From contig JBDKFG010000013.1 of the NCBI GenBank assembly GCA_039798785.1, positions 1-64,000 on the forward strand: a stretch of DNA of 64,000 nucleotides, read 5' to 3'. The notes under the pieces are model-generated. The model had not been told where the DNA came from. It saw only the letters and a list, made by a program, of their open reading frames with translations, and ran no database searches. The DNA comes from Verrucomicrobiota bacterium. GTDB taxonomy: Bacteria > Verrucomicrobiota > Lentisphaeria > Lentisphaerales > Lentisphaeraceae. Shown in pieces: positions 1 to 10,100 of the stretch (position 1 is its first letter; each line of letters starts with the position of its first letter). The translations under genes were made by a program, and so were the position numbers.

Positions 1-144
1 ATCGAGCTTGGCCTCGGGCTTGGCATCGAGCTTGGCCTCGGGCTTGGCATCGAGCTTGGCCTCGGGCTTGGCATCGAGCTTGGCCTCGGGCTTGGCATCA
101 AGCTTGGCATCAAGCTTGGCCTCGGGCTTGGCCTCGGGCTTGGG
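1..144. repeat. Tandem 12-bp coding repeat, at least 12 units (ATCGAGCTTGGC / CTCGGGCTTGGC variants)
   Basis: Directly visible. Encodes AKLD/AKPE on the minus strand and is truncated by the window edge. Confidence 0.97.
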
Positions 145-1017
145 ATTTGAGAGTGGAAGCGGGAGAATGTTTGGGCGTAGCGCATCCATTTCGCGGGGGT
201 ACCAGTCGTGCCGTGGTGAGGCGGCGGGGAAAGAGCTCTGGGCGCTGGTTGCGGCCTCGGAACTTCTCTTCTCCGGCGAGTTGGGAACTTGCATCGAGCT
301 TGAAGGGCGCTGTTCGGTTGATGAAGCAAAGAGGTCTTTCATCTGGCGAAGATTGTCTCGCAATTCTGTCAGATCGGCATCGTTTAAATTAGCGAGCATC
401 TGAGCGTCGCGGGCGATCGTTTTTCCCTCGGCTGAGGAGGGAGTTGTGGTTGCGGCGCTGGTTCTCAGGGAGACGCTTTGAGTGTCGGTTTGAGCAGGGA
501 CAGTTTTTTGTGACACGTCTTGTGGCAAGCTGATGGATGTCTTTGCGATAACTGAAGATTCGGGCGGTGCAGGTTTTTTTAGCGGCAAGGATTCGGCGTT
601 TCCGTCCTTCATCGTTGCGTGCGAATTCGATTTCTTGGTGTTTTTAGCGACCTCGGAAACTCGGGCGCCGGCTGAGTCTGCCGATGCAGCTTCTTTGGAA
701 ACAGTTGCAGACTGAGCATCTTGCCGGGGCGGCGAGACGGCGAGTTCCATGCCGAGGTTTTGGAGGAGGTCATTGACTTCGGCTTCCAAGCTGATGCGTT
801 GGCGGCTTTTGCTTCGTTTTGGCGCGGAGCTCGGGGCTGCTTCCGCTTTTTTCGGGGTGGAAGCATCAATGACATCAGGCTTGGTCTCCGGGAAGTTCTT
901 GGCCGTCAATAGCTGGACGGATGTTTTGCCCTGGTTGAATTGGCGGTAAGAGCCGTGAATCTTGCTGTCGGAAGGTGCAGGGTGTCCGGCGATCGACGCG
1001 GGAATGTGCTGGTTCAT
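1..1017 (-). CDS. Low-complexity Pro/Ser/Ala/Lys-rich protein, partial (runs off left edge); probable flagellar hook-length control protein FliK N-terminal region
   Basis: Not in the ORF track. ATG at 1017 overlaps the upstream TGA (ATGA coupling). Read by hand, the frame is open from MNQHIPASIAGHP... to position 1 and ends in (AKPE/AKLD)n. The FliK call rests on position after a MotE/YlxF-like gene and on composition; the diagnostic C-terminal domain would lie outside the window. Confidence 0.55.
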   Translation of the reverse strand, partial: MNQHIPASIAGHPAPSDSKIHGSYRQFNQGKTSVQLLTAKNFPETKPDVIDASTPKKAEAAPSSAPKRSKSRQRISLEAEVNDLLQNLGMELAVSPPRQDAQSATVSKEAASADSAGARVSEVAKNTKKSNSHATMKDGNAESLPLKKPAPPESSVIAKTSISLPQDVSQKTVPAQTDTQSVSLRTSAATTTPSSAEGKTIARDAQMLANLNDADLTELRDNLRQMKDLFASSTEQRPSSSMQVPNSPEKRSSEAATSAQSSFPAASPRHDWYPREMDALRPNILPLPLSNPKPEAKPEAKLDAKLDAKPEAKLDAKPEAKLDAKPEAKLDAKPEAKLD

Positions 1018-1871
1018 TGGGCTTTTCCTTCCGTCATCCGTTTGATTTCTAGCATGATTTGCTGGGCCTGTTCACGCATCGATTTTTTCATCGGCGCGGG
1101 GAAGATCTCGGGGGTTTTGGTTTTGCCTTCGAGCATGTTGGCGAGGATGGTGGCGCGTTTTGTCGGGTCGAGTTTGAGAAGGACACGGGAGCCGATGGTC
1201 ACATCCATCGCGCCGATGGCTAGCATCTGGGCATCCGGGCGCATCTTGTCGATGGTGTCGGCTAGGCTCTGGAGATTTTCGATATTGGCTTTGCCGATGT
1301 AGTCTAAGACATCCTTGTTGGCCTGGTCTCTTTCGAGGATGAGCTTGTCGATTGCGGACTTCTGGTCGTCGAGGAGTTTTTTGATCTCGGACTCCTTCTT
1401 TTCCATTGCGGCGAGCAGAGACTGGTTGCTACGAGTCATCTCTGCCAGCATCTTTTCGCGTTCGTCCTGGGCCTTGGATTTGACTTCTATGGCGCGTGTC
1501 TTTTCCGCCAGTTCGGCAACCAGTTTATCGACGAACTCTTCATTCTTGCTGCCAGGATGGATGGGGTTGGGATTGTGGGCTTCCTCCTCTTCCTTCAGTT
1601 GCTCAGGGGTCTTCACTGCTTCGTTTCCTGCCGGCAACAAAGGTGCGGGTCGAGGCAGTTTCTGCTTCATCACCAGCATCCAGGAGGCGGCCGGCTCGTA
1701 GCCGTCGGGAGAGAGCGGCTTGGGGGGACTGAAGGCTTTCAGGGTTTGCAGGCCAAAGGGGCGCTTGTCCGTGGCGATGACATAGGCGGTCAAAGACAGG
1801 CTTCCGGCGGTGACGATGCTTAACAGCAGGACGAGCAAGAGAAGAAACTTGGTGCGCAGGTCTGGGCTCAT
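1014..1871 (-). CDS. MotE/YlxF/FlbB-like flagellar accessory protein (N-terminal TM helix, coiled coil, C-terminal MgtE-N-like helical domain)
   Basis: Hydrophobic N-terminal anchor, long charged coiled coil, and C-terminal LADTIDKMRPDAQMLAIGAMD...VLLKLDPTKRATILANM pattern typical of this family. Confidence 0.65.
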   Translation of the reverse strand: MSPDLRTKFLLLLVLLLSIVTAGSLSLTAYVIATDKRPFGLQTLKAFSPPKPLSPDGYEPAASWMLVMKQKLPRPAPLLPAGNEAVKTPEQLKEEEEAHNPNPIHPGSKNEEFVDKLVAELAEKTRAIEVKSKAQDEREKMLAEMTRSNQSLLAAMEKKESEIKKLLDDQKSAIDKLILERDQANKDVLDYIGKANIENLQSLADTIDKMRPDAQMLAIGAMDVTIGSRVLLKLDPTKRATILANMLEGKTKTPEIFPAPMKKSMREQAQQIMLEIKRMTEGKAQ

Positions 1872-2054
1872 GGAGGGGTCCTTGGTGCTTTCTGATCGCT
1901 CTTACGGCAGCTTCCATGCCAAGGATGTGTGACGCGTATCCCAGCGGATGCAGAGGAAAGGCCTTCCGCGAGAGGGGAAGAAAAATCCGTCATCGAGCCG
2001 TCGCGGATCGTCCCGCCGATTATCTTTGGAGTTGAGATAAAACGGAGAACTCAC

Positions 2055-2732
2055 ATGCATCGCCCCCAGCTTCCCTGCCCCGCCGTCGTCGGCACTATTT
2101 CCGATTTCGAGACTTTTGCCCGCTTGGCGCGAGGAGAGGTCTTTCCGGGCGCTGATTTGGTCGAACTTCGATTGGATCAGCATATGGACTTGGGCGAGGC
2201 CAGGCGACTGGCTCCCTTGGTGTCGCGACATCTTCCGGTGATGTTGACCATCCGGACTTGCCGGGAAGGAGGCAGCTGGGAGATCGACGATCGTGATCGT
2301 CTGGAATTGTTCCGCAGCTTTTTCGGCTTGGTCGGCCTTTTCGATGTTGAAATCGAGTCGCCTCTTTTCGCCGCCACAAGCCGTCGGGACTTCCCTGCCG
2401 AGGCGATAGTCGTCACTTCATTTCACGATTATCACGGGATTCCCAGGGATGAGCGTCTCGAAGAATTGATCGCGAAGGCTCGGAAATGGGGCGCGGACAT
2501 CACGAAGCTGGCATGCAGGGCGTCAGGGGCGGCCGAGGTCGGGATCTATGCGAAATTGCTGGATTTGCAGCCTTCCGGCTCACTTTGCCTGATCGCCATG
2601 GGGGATGCAGTGGCTTCGACCCGGTTCGAGTTTCCCCGTCGCGGCTCAGTACTGACCTATGGCTGGTTGGATCGGCCGGCGGCCCCCGGGCAGCCGTCAG
2701 CGAAGGATTTGGCGGACGCAGTGCGAGCTTGA
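2055..2732 (+). CDS. aroD: Type I 3-dehydroquinate dehydratase
   Basis: Motifs ADLVELRLD, TIRTCREGG, TSFHDY, ADITKLA, IAMG, APGQ. GGAG ribosome-binding site before the ATG at 2055. Confidence 0.92.
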   Translation: MHRPQLPCPAVVGTISDFETFARLARGEVFPGADLVELRLDQHMDLGEARRLAPLVSRHLPVMLTIRTCREGGSWEIDDRDRLELFRSFFGLVGLFDVEIESPLFAATSRRDFPAEAIVVTSFHDYHGIPRDERLEELIAKARKWGADITKLACRASGAAEVGIYAKLLDLQPSGSLCLIAMGDAVASTRFEFPRRGSVLTYGWLDRPAAPGQPSAKDLADAVRA

Positions 2733-2736
2733 GCGA

Positions 2737-2771
2737 TAAAAACAAGGCCTGCGTATTCGTCGCAGGCCTTG
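2737..2771. terminator. Intrinsic terminator between convergent genes
   Basis: Stem CAAGGCCTGCG / CGCAGGCCTTG with a 7-nt loop. An A-run on the left gives a U-tail on the minus strand. Confidence 0.8.
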
Positions 2772-2792
2772 CTTGACACGATTCGGATGAGA

Positions 2793-5700
2793 TCAGGGGA
2801 TGATGAAGTCGGCGGCAGTGATCAGGTCGACATGCTTGATGGTGATCTGGTCGAGCAGTTGGGTTCCCAAGACGCCGTAGGAGATGATCGCGTCGCCATT
2901 GAAATATTTCAGGGTGACGATGCCGGATGTGTAGCTTTTCTGGTTTTGGGTGCCATCGGCGAGGTCGGTCGTCTGCAAAGTGAAGACGTTTCTCAGCTCG
3001 TCGATAAATTCAGCTTCGGCGTTCGCCAGCGGGCGGAGATCGATGCGGTCACGCGCATTGCCGCGTGCATCGGTGATCTGCGACAGATCCATGATGGTGT
3101 CCTTGCCCCAACCTAAAGTGATCTGGAAGATGTCGCTTCCTTGACCGCCGGTGAGGGTGTCGTCCCCTTGATTTCCGATGAGGGTGTTGTCGAGGTCATT
3201 GCCGGTGATGGTGTCGCCGTAAATGCTGCCGATGGCATTTTCGATGTCAGTGCCGAAGGCGATGGCAAGGTTGTTGGTGGTGCCGTTGTCTCCGACGGAG
3301 CTGTTGAAGCCGGGGCGGAGATCGATCGTGACGGCCACTGAAGAGGGGCTGAAGTCAAAGGTGTCGGTGCCGGCAATGTCCCAAATGGTGCGGATGTTGT
3401 TGAAGATTGTCGACCAGGGGTGGAGGCCAGAATTGCCGTAGTTGGCATTGGGGCCGGTATCGTCGCGAGAGCTGCTGTCAATTTGACCGTTCATCCAGAG
3501 ATTGGGTTCGAGGACATTGTAAAGCTGCTGAATCGCGGCGATATCGTGGGGCATGTAGCCCCAGTTGTAATTGCCGAAATCATCTGTGGTCGTCGAGGGT
3601 AGGTTCTCGCGTTTGTCGGACATCGAGGTGTAGTAGTTGCTAGTGAATTTACTGGTGTTGTCGAAGTCAGTTCGGTAGACTTCTTCAAAACCAGGTTGAT
3701 AGAGGCCGATCGCTTCGCCGATGTGACGCAGCAGAGCGGCCTTGAAAAGACTGCCGTTGCCAGAGTTTCGGACAAGGGTCTGTCCGTCGCGGGTGATGGT
3801 GTCGAAAGTCGGGAGGTCATCATCGATGACTACCAGGCCAGGGCGTTGGTTGATCACTCGGTCGACCCCGGTGATGGGGTCCTTGATGCGGATCTGACCA
3901 GCCGGCTGCATGCCGACACCAAGAGCGAATTCGGCACCTTCGTAGACGCCTCCCGCTTGGGCATTGTAGTAATCTTCGACTTCCGCGATGTAGAAAATCA
4001 AATCCGCATCTGTGTTGTCTTGCAGCTGGCCGAAGCCAAGGCCGGAGTATGACATCAATTCACCCAAGATGGCTTGCACGTCGCCTCTCTGGTTGCCGTT
4101 CATGTTGGTGACATTCGGCCCAAATATGTTTCCTTGAAAGTCTCTTGTGATGAATGAGTAGGTTAAGTTGGGATACAGGGTGGGGGGCCAGGGGTGCGGC
4201 GGCAGTGGGCCGGCGTTGTTGGAGACATCGGGGTTGAGGAGGATGTCGAGGTCCAGTACCGGCACTTGAACTTCCGTGCTCATATTGCCGATATCAGTGA
4301 CGATCATCGAAATGTATTTGACTTCGGAGTTGGTCGCCGGGCGATATCGGATCAGACCTTGGTCGAGGTCAGCTTGGGTGAAGTATTGAACGGTGTTGTA
4401 AATGGATTTCGTTGTGTCGAAGCGTTGGAAGGAGCCCCCGGTATTGCCGCTGAAGCTGTAGAAGATCTCGCTGGAGTTTTGTTCTGAGTCAACCGCCCAG
4501 AAGTTGCTGGAGTCACTGATCCGGGAGCCGCCGACGAAGGTTTGCTGGATGCTGAGTATAGGTTGGTCGCGTTGATCCTGGACGCCGCGGTCAGCCTGCG
4601 TCCACCAGTTGTCATTGATATTCCGTTCATCGTCCGACCAGTGGACAATCAAAGGAGAGTCAACATAGACGCAGGGTGCGTGGTTTTCGGGTTGCAGGGA
4701 GAGATTGATGCGCAGGGTATCGGTAGCGATACCATCGCTGACGCGGACATCAAAAGAGGGCAGGTCCAATGCGGAGATATTGTCTTTTTGGGAGATGTCT
4801 GCGATGAAGACCAAGCTGCCAGTTCGAGCGTCGACGCGAACCTGACCGTAAGTGACGGCGCCATTCTTCAAGGTCAGAGTGTTTGCGCTGCCGGCATCGG
4901 TGGTGACGAGACTGTAAAGCAAGGCGTCATTATCGGCATCGACAGCTTTTAGCAATGCTGTGAAGTTGATATTGGTATAGGCCTTGAGGTTCATTTCGCC
5001 ATTGGCGTCAGGTTTTTGCTCAATGTAGTTATTGGCGATGCGGAGCTGGACACCACTGAATTCGGGAGCGTTATTGACATTGGCGATCTCAATAGTGACC
5101 TTTCCTGTGGTCAATCCGCCTTTCCCGTCCGAAGCGAGAACGTAGAAGGAGTCGCCGCCGTGATAATTCAGGTCGGGGGTGTAGACAAAGGAACCATCGG
5201 CGTTGACCGTGACTTTTCCGTGGCGCGGCTGGCTGTCAATGTCAGTCTTGGCGCTGTAGGTCAAGGTTTCCCCAGGGCTGTCAGTCGCGACGACCTTGTT
5301 ATTCAAAATCGTATTTTCATTCATTTCGAAGGTGTTAGCCTCAGCAAATGAAGGAGCAAAGTTGTCACTCAGGAAAATTCCGCCAGTGAAGAAAGAGGAG
5401 TTCTGGAAGAGGGTGCTGCTGTTAGAGTCGAGGTCAGTGACGCGGAATGAGAAGGTTGGGGTTGCGGCGCTACCGTCATGGCGGAAGGCGATCAGATTGT
5501 CCTGAAGATCCGCCAAAGTGAAGTCAGAGACACGTTTGCCAGATTCGATGTTATAGAAATGGCCTTGTGTGACTGAAGTAATTTTAAAGCTGGCACTGGT
5601 AGGATAGGGGTTCGTCCAATCAAAGATGTTGAAGTGATCAGGATTGAGTTTTGTCGATCCACCTTTGAGAATTGACCAGGACGTCCAAATGCCAAAGTCG

Positions 5701-6986
5701 TCTGTGTTGAGTTTCAGCAGGGGGAAGGGAGAGGCGCGGATGGTGGCGGGCGGGATTCGGACGCTCAAGACCGAGTGAAGATTGTCGTAGCCGCTTTCGG
5801 CAGTTCCCGAGATCACATCGAAATGGATGTTTTTCGAGTTGTTGCGGTTGATCAGTTCCAGGCTGACACGGCCATTGTTGAGTTCTTCCGCGGTGAAGGT
5901 GTTGGAGCTGCGCACCAGATTGGAGACTCTGACGATCACATTGCTGTCACTGGCAAGCTTGATTTGGATGTCGCGAGCCAAGGTGTCGTTGTCAAGCAGC
6001 TTGAGGTGATTGGTGCTTAGCTTGACGGCTTTTCCGGGGATCAGAGTGATCGGTGCCAGGTTGGAAATGACCGTGTCGTCGTTAACTGTCGTGAGCTGAA
6101 TCGATTTGGAGCCGGTGTTGAAGAAGAGCGCTTGGTCGGCGACGGTCAGAGTGAAGCCGACGTAGGGGGCGTCGCTGCCGTCATGCGTGACATGAATCGC
6201 ATTGGCAGCGATCTCGGCCCAAGTGAATTTGTTCTTTGTGAAAGTGAGGGCAGCGCTGCGGCTGGCGACGGTGAACAGCGTGTCAGGGGAGATCGTTCCG
6301 GAAGCATTGTTAAAGTGACTGGTGCTCAGAGTGGTGCTTCCGCCTTCAGTGAGGGCGAGGATATTTTCTTTGAGCAAATTCAGGCTGCTGCTGACAGAAT
6401 TTTCTCCGGTGAAGGTGCCGGAGGCGATTTTGACGGATATCGCAGCGTCAGTGTAGTCTGAGGCCGCTTTGAGGGTGACCTTGCCGAGGCTGAGTTCCTC
6501 TGCTGTGAACGTCTTGTTGGCGCGGAGGACTTTCGCGACCCAGACACTTACTTTGGGCGATTCGAGGGTGATGGAGACGTTTTTCGCTGCTGTGTCGGCA
6601 TCGTTGACTTTCAAGATCTTGTCGTTGAGCTGCAGTGCCGAGTTGGGTCGGAGCACGAGGAGGGATTGGCTGACGTAAGGGGCGTCATCAACGGCGACAT
6701 AGACCAAGCTGCCGGTGCTGCTGTCAAAAACCGTATTGGAGTTGTTGACGCTGAGAACGAAGCGGATGCTGGAATTCTCGCTGCCGTCGTGTGTGATTTT
6801 GACCCTGCTATCAAGCACGTCCTGCCAAGTGAAAGAGGAGATGCTGAGATTGTCCTTCTTGAAAATCAACGAAGAGCTTTTGCTGCTCACGGTAATGAGG
6901 TCGAGCCCATTGGGTGAAGTCGCAAATAAGCTCGAGTCCAGAGTGGTGCTGGCATTTTCAGTAATGGTGAGTATAGAGGCAGGCAT
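2793..6986 (-). CDS. Large RTX-tailed secreted protein (~1397 aa): CSPG/cadherin-like repeats, Ig-like repeats, degenerate serralysin-like M10 domain, Peptidase_M10_C/RTX tail
   Basis: Repeats FTxxD...HDGS; DIAAIQQLY; TIWDIAGTDTFDFS; IENAIG...GNDLDNTLIGNQGDDTLTGGQGSD; C-terminal AADF. The zinc motif reads RHIGEAIGLYQ. AGGAG RBS before the ATG at 6986. No signal peptide. Confidence 0.88.
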   Translation of the reverse strand: MPASILTITENASTTLDSSLFATSPNGLDLITVSSKSSSLIFKKDNLSISSFTWQDVLDSRVKITHDGSENSSIRFVLSVNNSNTVFDSSTGSLVYVAVDDAPYVSQSLLVLRPNSALQLNDKILKVNDADTAAKNVSITLESPKVSVWVAKVLRANKTFTAEELSLGKVTLKAASDYTDAAISVKIASGTFTGENSVSSSLNLLKENILALTEGGSTTLSTSHFNNASGTISPDTLFTVASRSAALTFTKNKFTWAEIAANAIHVTHDGSDAPYVGFTLTVADQALFFNTGSKSIQLTTVNDDTVISNLAPITLIPGKAVKLSTNHLKLLDNDTLARDIQIKLASDSNVIVRVSNLVRSSNTFTAEELNNGRVSLELINRNNSKNIHFDVISGTAESGYDNLHSVLSVRIPPATIRASPFPLLKLNTDDFGIWTSWSILKGGSTKLNPDHFNIFDWTNPYPTSASFKITSVTQGHFYNIESGKRVSDFTLADLQDNLIAFRHDGSAATPTFSFRVTDLDSNSSTLFQNSSFFTGGIFLSDNFAPSFAEANTFEMNENTILNNKVVATDSPGETLTYSAKTDIDSQPRHGKVTVNADGSFVYTPDLNYHGGDSFYVLASDGKGGLTTGKVTIEIANVNNAPEFSGVQLRIANNYIEQKPDANGEMNLKAYTNINFTALLKAVDADNDALLYSLVTTDAGSANTLTLKNGAVTYGQVRVDARTGSLVFIADISQKDNISALDLPSFDVRVSDGIATDTLRINLSLQPENHAPCVYVDSPLIVHWSDDERNINDNWWTQADRGVQDQRDQPILSIQQTFVGGSRISDSSNFWAVDSEQNSSEIFYSFSGNTGGSFQRFDTTKSIYNTVQYFTQADLDQGLIRYRPATNSEVKYISMIVTDIGNMSTEVQVPVLDLDILLNPDVSNNAGPLPPHPWPPTLYPNLTYSFITRDFQGNIFGPNVTNMNGNQRGDVQAILGELMSYSGLGFGQLQDNTDADLIFYIAEVEDYYNAQAGGVYEGAEFALGVGMQPAGQIRIKDPITGVDRVINQRPGLVVIDDDLPTFDTITRDGQTLVRNSGNGSLFKAALLRHIGEAIGLYQPGFEEVYRTDFDNTSKFTSNYYTSMSDKRENLPSTTTDDFGNYNWGYMPHDIAAIQQLYNVLEPNLWMNGQIDSSSRDDTGPNANYGNSGLHPWSTIFNNIRTIWDIAGTDTFDFSPSSVAVTIDLRPGFNSSVGDNGTTNNLAIAFGTDIENAIGSIYGDTITGNDLDNTLIGNQGDDTLTGGQGSDIFQITLGWGKDTIMDLSQITDARGNARDRIDLRPLANAEAEFIDELRNVFTLQTTDLADGTQNQKSYTSGIVTLKYFNGDAIISYGVLGTQLLDQITIKHVDLITAADFIIP

Positions 6987-7042
6987 GCTTGGGGGCTCCT
7001 TGCTGATCTGGATCAAGAGAGGGGAGGGTGAGTTATCTTCGC

Positions 7043-7071
7043 AAGCTACTGGCGAGTAGCTCCGGCGTCAA
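7043..7071 (-). promoter_or_regulatory. Putative sigma70-type promoter (TTGACG-N17-TAGCTT) overlapped by the palindrome AGCTACT-N4-AGTAGCT
   Basis: Read on the minus strand between the upstream terminator and the RBS of the 1397-aa gene. Palindrome at 7044-7061. Confidence 0.45.
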
Positions 7072-7092
7072 TCTAAAAAGCCTGAGAGCGGC

Positions 7093-7132
7093 AAAAAAAT
7101 CAGCCCCGCAGATTCCTGCGGGGCTGGCTTTT
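7093..7132 (-). terminator. Intrinsic terminator after the 1094-aa gene
   Basis: Stem CAGCCCCGCAG / CTGCGGGGCTG with a 4-nt loop. A7 run gives a U-tail on the minus strand. Confidence 0.85.
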
Positions 7133-7139
7133 AATTCGC

Positions 7140-10100
7140 TCAGGGGACTCCAGGGACGGAGTCGATGAGCAGGAGGTTTACCGATAGATAGTAATCGACA
7201 GCGGCATCTCCGGAATTGTCGAAGCCAAGAGTCAAGGTGCTGCCGACGCCGTTCAAGACATCGTTATTTGACTTGAGGTTGAGCAGCATCAGGATGTCGG
7301 CTCCGTCAAAGATGCCGTTGTTGTTGGTGACCAGATTGTAGTCGATAGCCAGGCCGTTCTGGTCGGTCACCGAGATCAGTTCCCCCTCATTGCCATCAAG
7401 ATCGATGAAGAGGTCAGTGAAGCGCAGGTCGTGGCTGAAGCTGTCTCCGGCTTGACCATGGGTGTCGATGACGATCGCGTTATTGCTTTTCAGAGTCGGC
7501 TTGTCATCCTCGCCAACGATGGTGATGGTGAGGGTGGAAGTGTCAATTTGAGGAGAAATGGCAGTGCCGAAATAGGAGCCGGAGCGGACGTCGAAAATCT
7601 CGCTTGCGTTGCTGCCGGCGCCGAGCGCCTGGGTGTCGACATCGGCGTTGTTAACAGTGTAGATGTAGCTGCCGTCAGCCTTGATGCTCAAGGTGCCGTA
7701 GACGCCTTGAATGTCAACGCTGGTGGATGATAGACCGTTGGATGGATCGCTGTCAACCGTGGTGTAGGTGTTGCTGGTGCTCAGCTTGGCGGAATGGACA
7801 TAGAACTTATCGTTGGTATCAAGGTCGCTGTCGTTGGAAAGAATTCCGATGTTAGCGGCGACGCTGACGGTGCCGAGGACGTTTTCATTGAGGCTGACGC
7901 TGTCGTCGTTGGCGGTGTAGAGACTATCTTCGCCGGTGACCGTGACCGTGACGAGGCGCTCGTAACTGACGGTGTCATCGGCGCTGTTGCTCGGAGTTCC
8001 ATGGTTGTCTGTGACTTTATAGGTGAAGCTGAAGCTTCCTTTTTCCCCGGCAGAGAGGTGTTGCCACTTGCTGTGGTCGATGTCGACAATCAAAGTGCCA
8101 TCGGCTTTGACGAAGACTTTGTCTCCGGTGACGTAGAGTAGGAAGCCTTCTCCATGAACGAGATCTGTAGTCCAAGCTCCGCCGACGACTTCGCTGACGC
8201 GGAGTTCCGAGGGGGATTGGATGGTGGAGCTGCCGAAGGAGTTGAACCAGCCATTCAGGAGGTTGCTGGCAATGCTGGTCGGCAGGCCGGACTCAAGGAC
8301 GGTGGTGGCGCTAGTGTCGATCGAGGGTGCCCAGGGTTTGTCGTCCAGGCCTTTCAGGGTGATGGTGAAGGAGTCGCTGACGCTGACGTTGGCACTGTCG
8401 GTGACGGTGACGGTGATGGTGCCGTTGGTGGCGTTACTTGTCGGGGTGCCGCTGAAGGTGCGCGTATCTGGGTCGAAGGTGAGCCAGCCAGGGAGAGCGC
8501 CGTTGTTGAACGTCGCTGTGTAGGTCAGCTTTTCGGTGCTGGCGGCGAGGCCGAGGTCGGGGTCTGTCGCGCTGTCGAGGACCAGGACAAAGAGAGTGTC
8601 GATGTAAGCGTCTTTATTGGTGTAGGAGATGTTGAAGGACGGGGCGTCGTTGACATTGCTGATCGTGATGGTGGCGGGGTAGGACATCGATTCGCCGTTT
8701 TTGGTGGCAATGATGGTGAAGTCGATTTCACCGAAGAAGTTGGGCTTTGCTGATTTATCGAGAGTGTAAACGCCGGTGTTGGGGTTGATCGTCAAGGTGC
8801 CCCAGGTGTTGTTGACCCAAGTGGTGCCGAAGCCTTGGATGGAGTAAGTGTATCCTTCGTTGCTAGGAGTCGGGCCTACGACAATCATGCTGGTTTCCAG
8901 GGCGGAAACGTCGAAGCTGCCGACCGTGTTTTCGCCGAAGGGGGTGATGATGACGGAGACATTGACTTCGGTGCTGGCATTGTTGTCGCTGACGATCACC
9001 GTGAAGCTGTCGTTGCCGGTGGCATCGAGCTTAGGATTGTAAGAGTAGTTGCCGGTGCTGGCATTGAGGGTGATGGTGCCCTTGGCGGTACTCAGAATGT
9101 AGTTGCCGCCGCTGAGGGTGACGCCAGTGCCGCTTAGCTCGTAGGATAGCACATCGCCTTCCCGGTCGGCGGCGATGATTCTGCTGCTGGTCGTGGTGTC
9201 TTCGGCGACCATCAGAGTCAAGCTGACTTCGTTGACTACGGGGGCGGAGTTGGCGTAGCCGGAGAAATTGTAGGATCCGCTGATCAGGCCGCCTGGATCG
9301 CGGACTTTGGCTTTCCAAGAGATGTTGTCTTTGCCGGTGCTGTGGAAGATGACGTTGCCCGCGGCCAGGTCGGCCAAGGTGAAACTGCTGGTCTTGACAT
9401 AAACGTCGTCGGTGCGAGATTCACCGTTTTCAACTATGGTTCGGCTGTCTTTCAGTTCGAAATAACCACCCTTGACGCTGCTCACGGTGTAGAGATAGCC
9501 ACTGTCCTTGCCGGTACCGGAATAGATTTCGACGTAGTCTGCGTCCTGTCTTTCAAACAGCTGGAGCTGCTGGGTGCTAAGGACGGTTCTTCCATCCCGG
9601 AGTGCAACGAATGTGGGGGGGGTGTAATCAAGCTTGCCGAGCTGTTCCGCGACATTGCCGCCGGTCCGCACGGCATCGAAACGGGTGAAGAGGGTGATCA
9701 CTTGAGTGTTGTCAATACCTTGGTAGGAAGAGTCGGTGATTTCAAGCTTGATGTTGCTGTCGGCGGCATCGCCGTTCCAGACTAAGCGCACCTTTCCGGC
9801 CAGAACCTCGTTGTAGGTGACACCTTCAGAAGCTTCCACCCAGCCGCCGACGCCTTCTTCGCGGACATAGTGCTCAAGGGTGTATTCGGTGCTGTCAAAG
9901 ATGTTGATGCGGATGCCGTGTTCACCGAAGCTGATCTTCTTGTTGGAGTCTGGGTCGGTGATCTTCAGGTGTTTGGCGGTCAAGATCGAGGAGCTTCTGT
10001 ATTCGATGCCGAAGGTGGGGTCGGCATCGTAAGCCTTGAAGGCGAGTCGGGTCACGTCGACATCGGCAAGGTCGTTGAAAGTGTTAAATTTGTTGCCGTT

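Noticed and set aside
1..144. Possible CRISPR array
   Set aside because: Contiguous 12-bp units with no unique spacers and no cas genes; it is a coding tandem repeat.
8..403. Plus-strand ORF with ASGL/ASSL repeats
   Set aside because: It is the antisense reading of the AKPE/AKLD array. The minus-strand frame has a coupled start and is open for 1017 nt.
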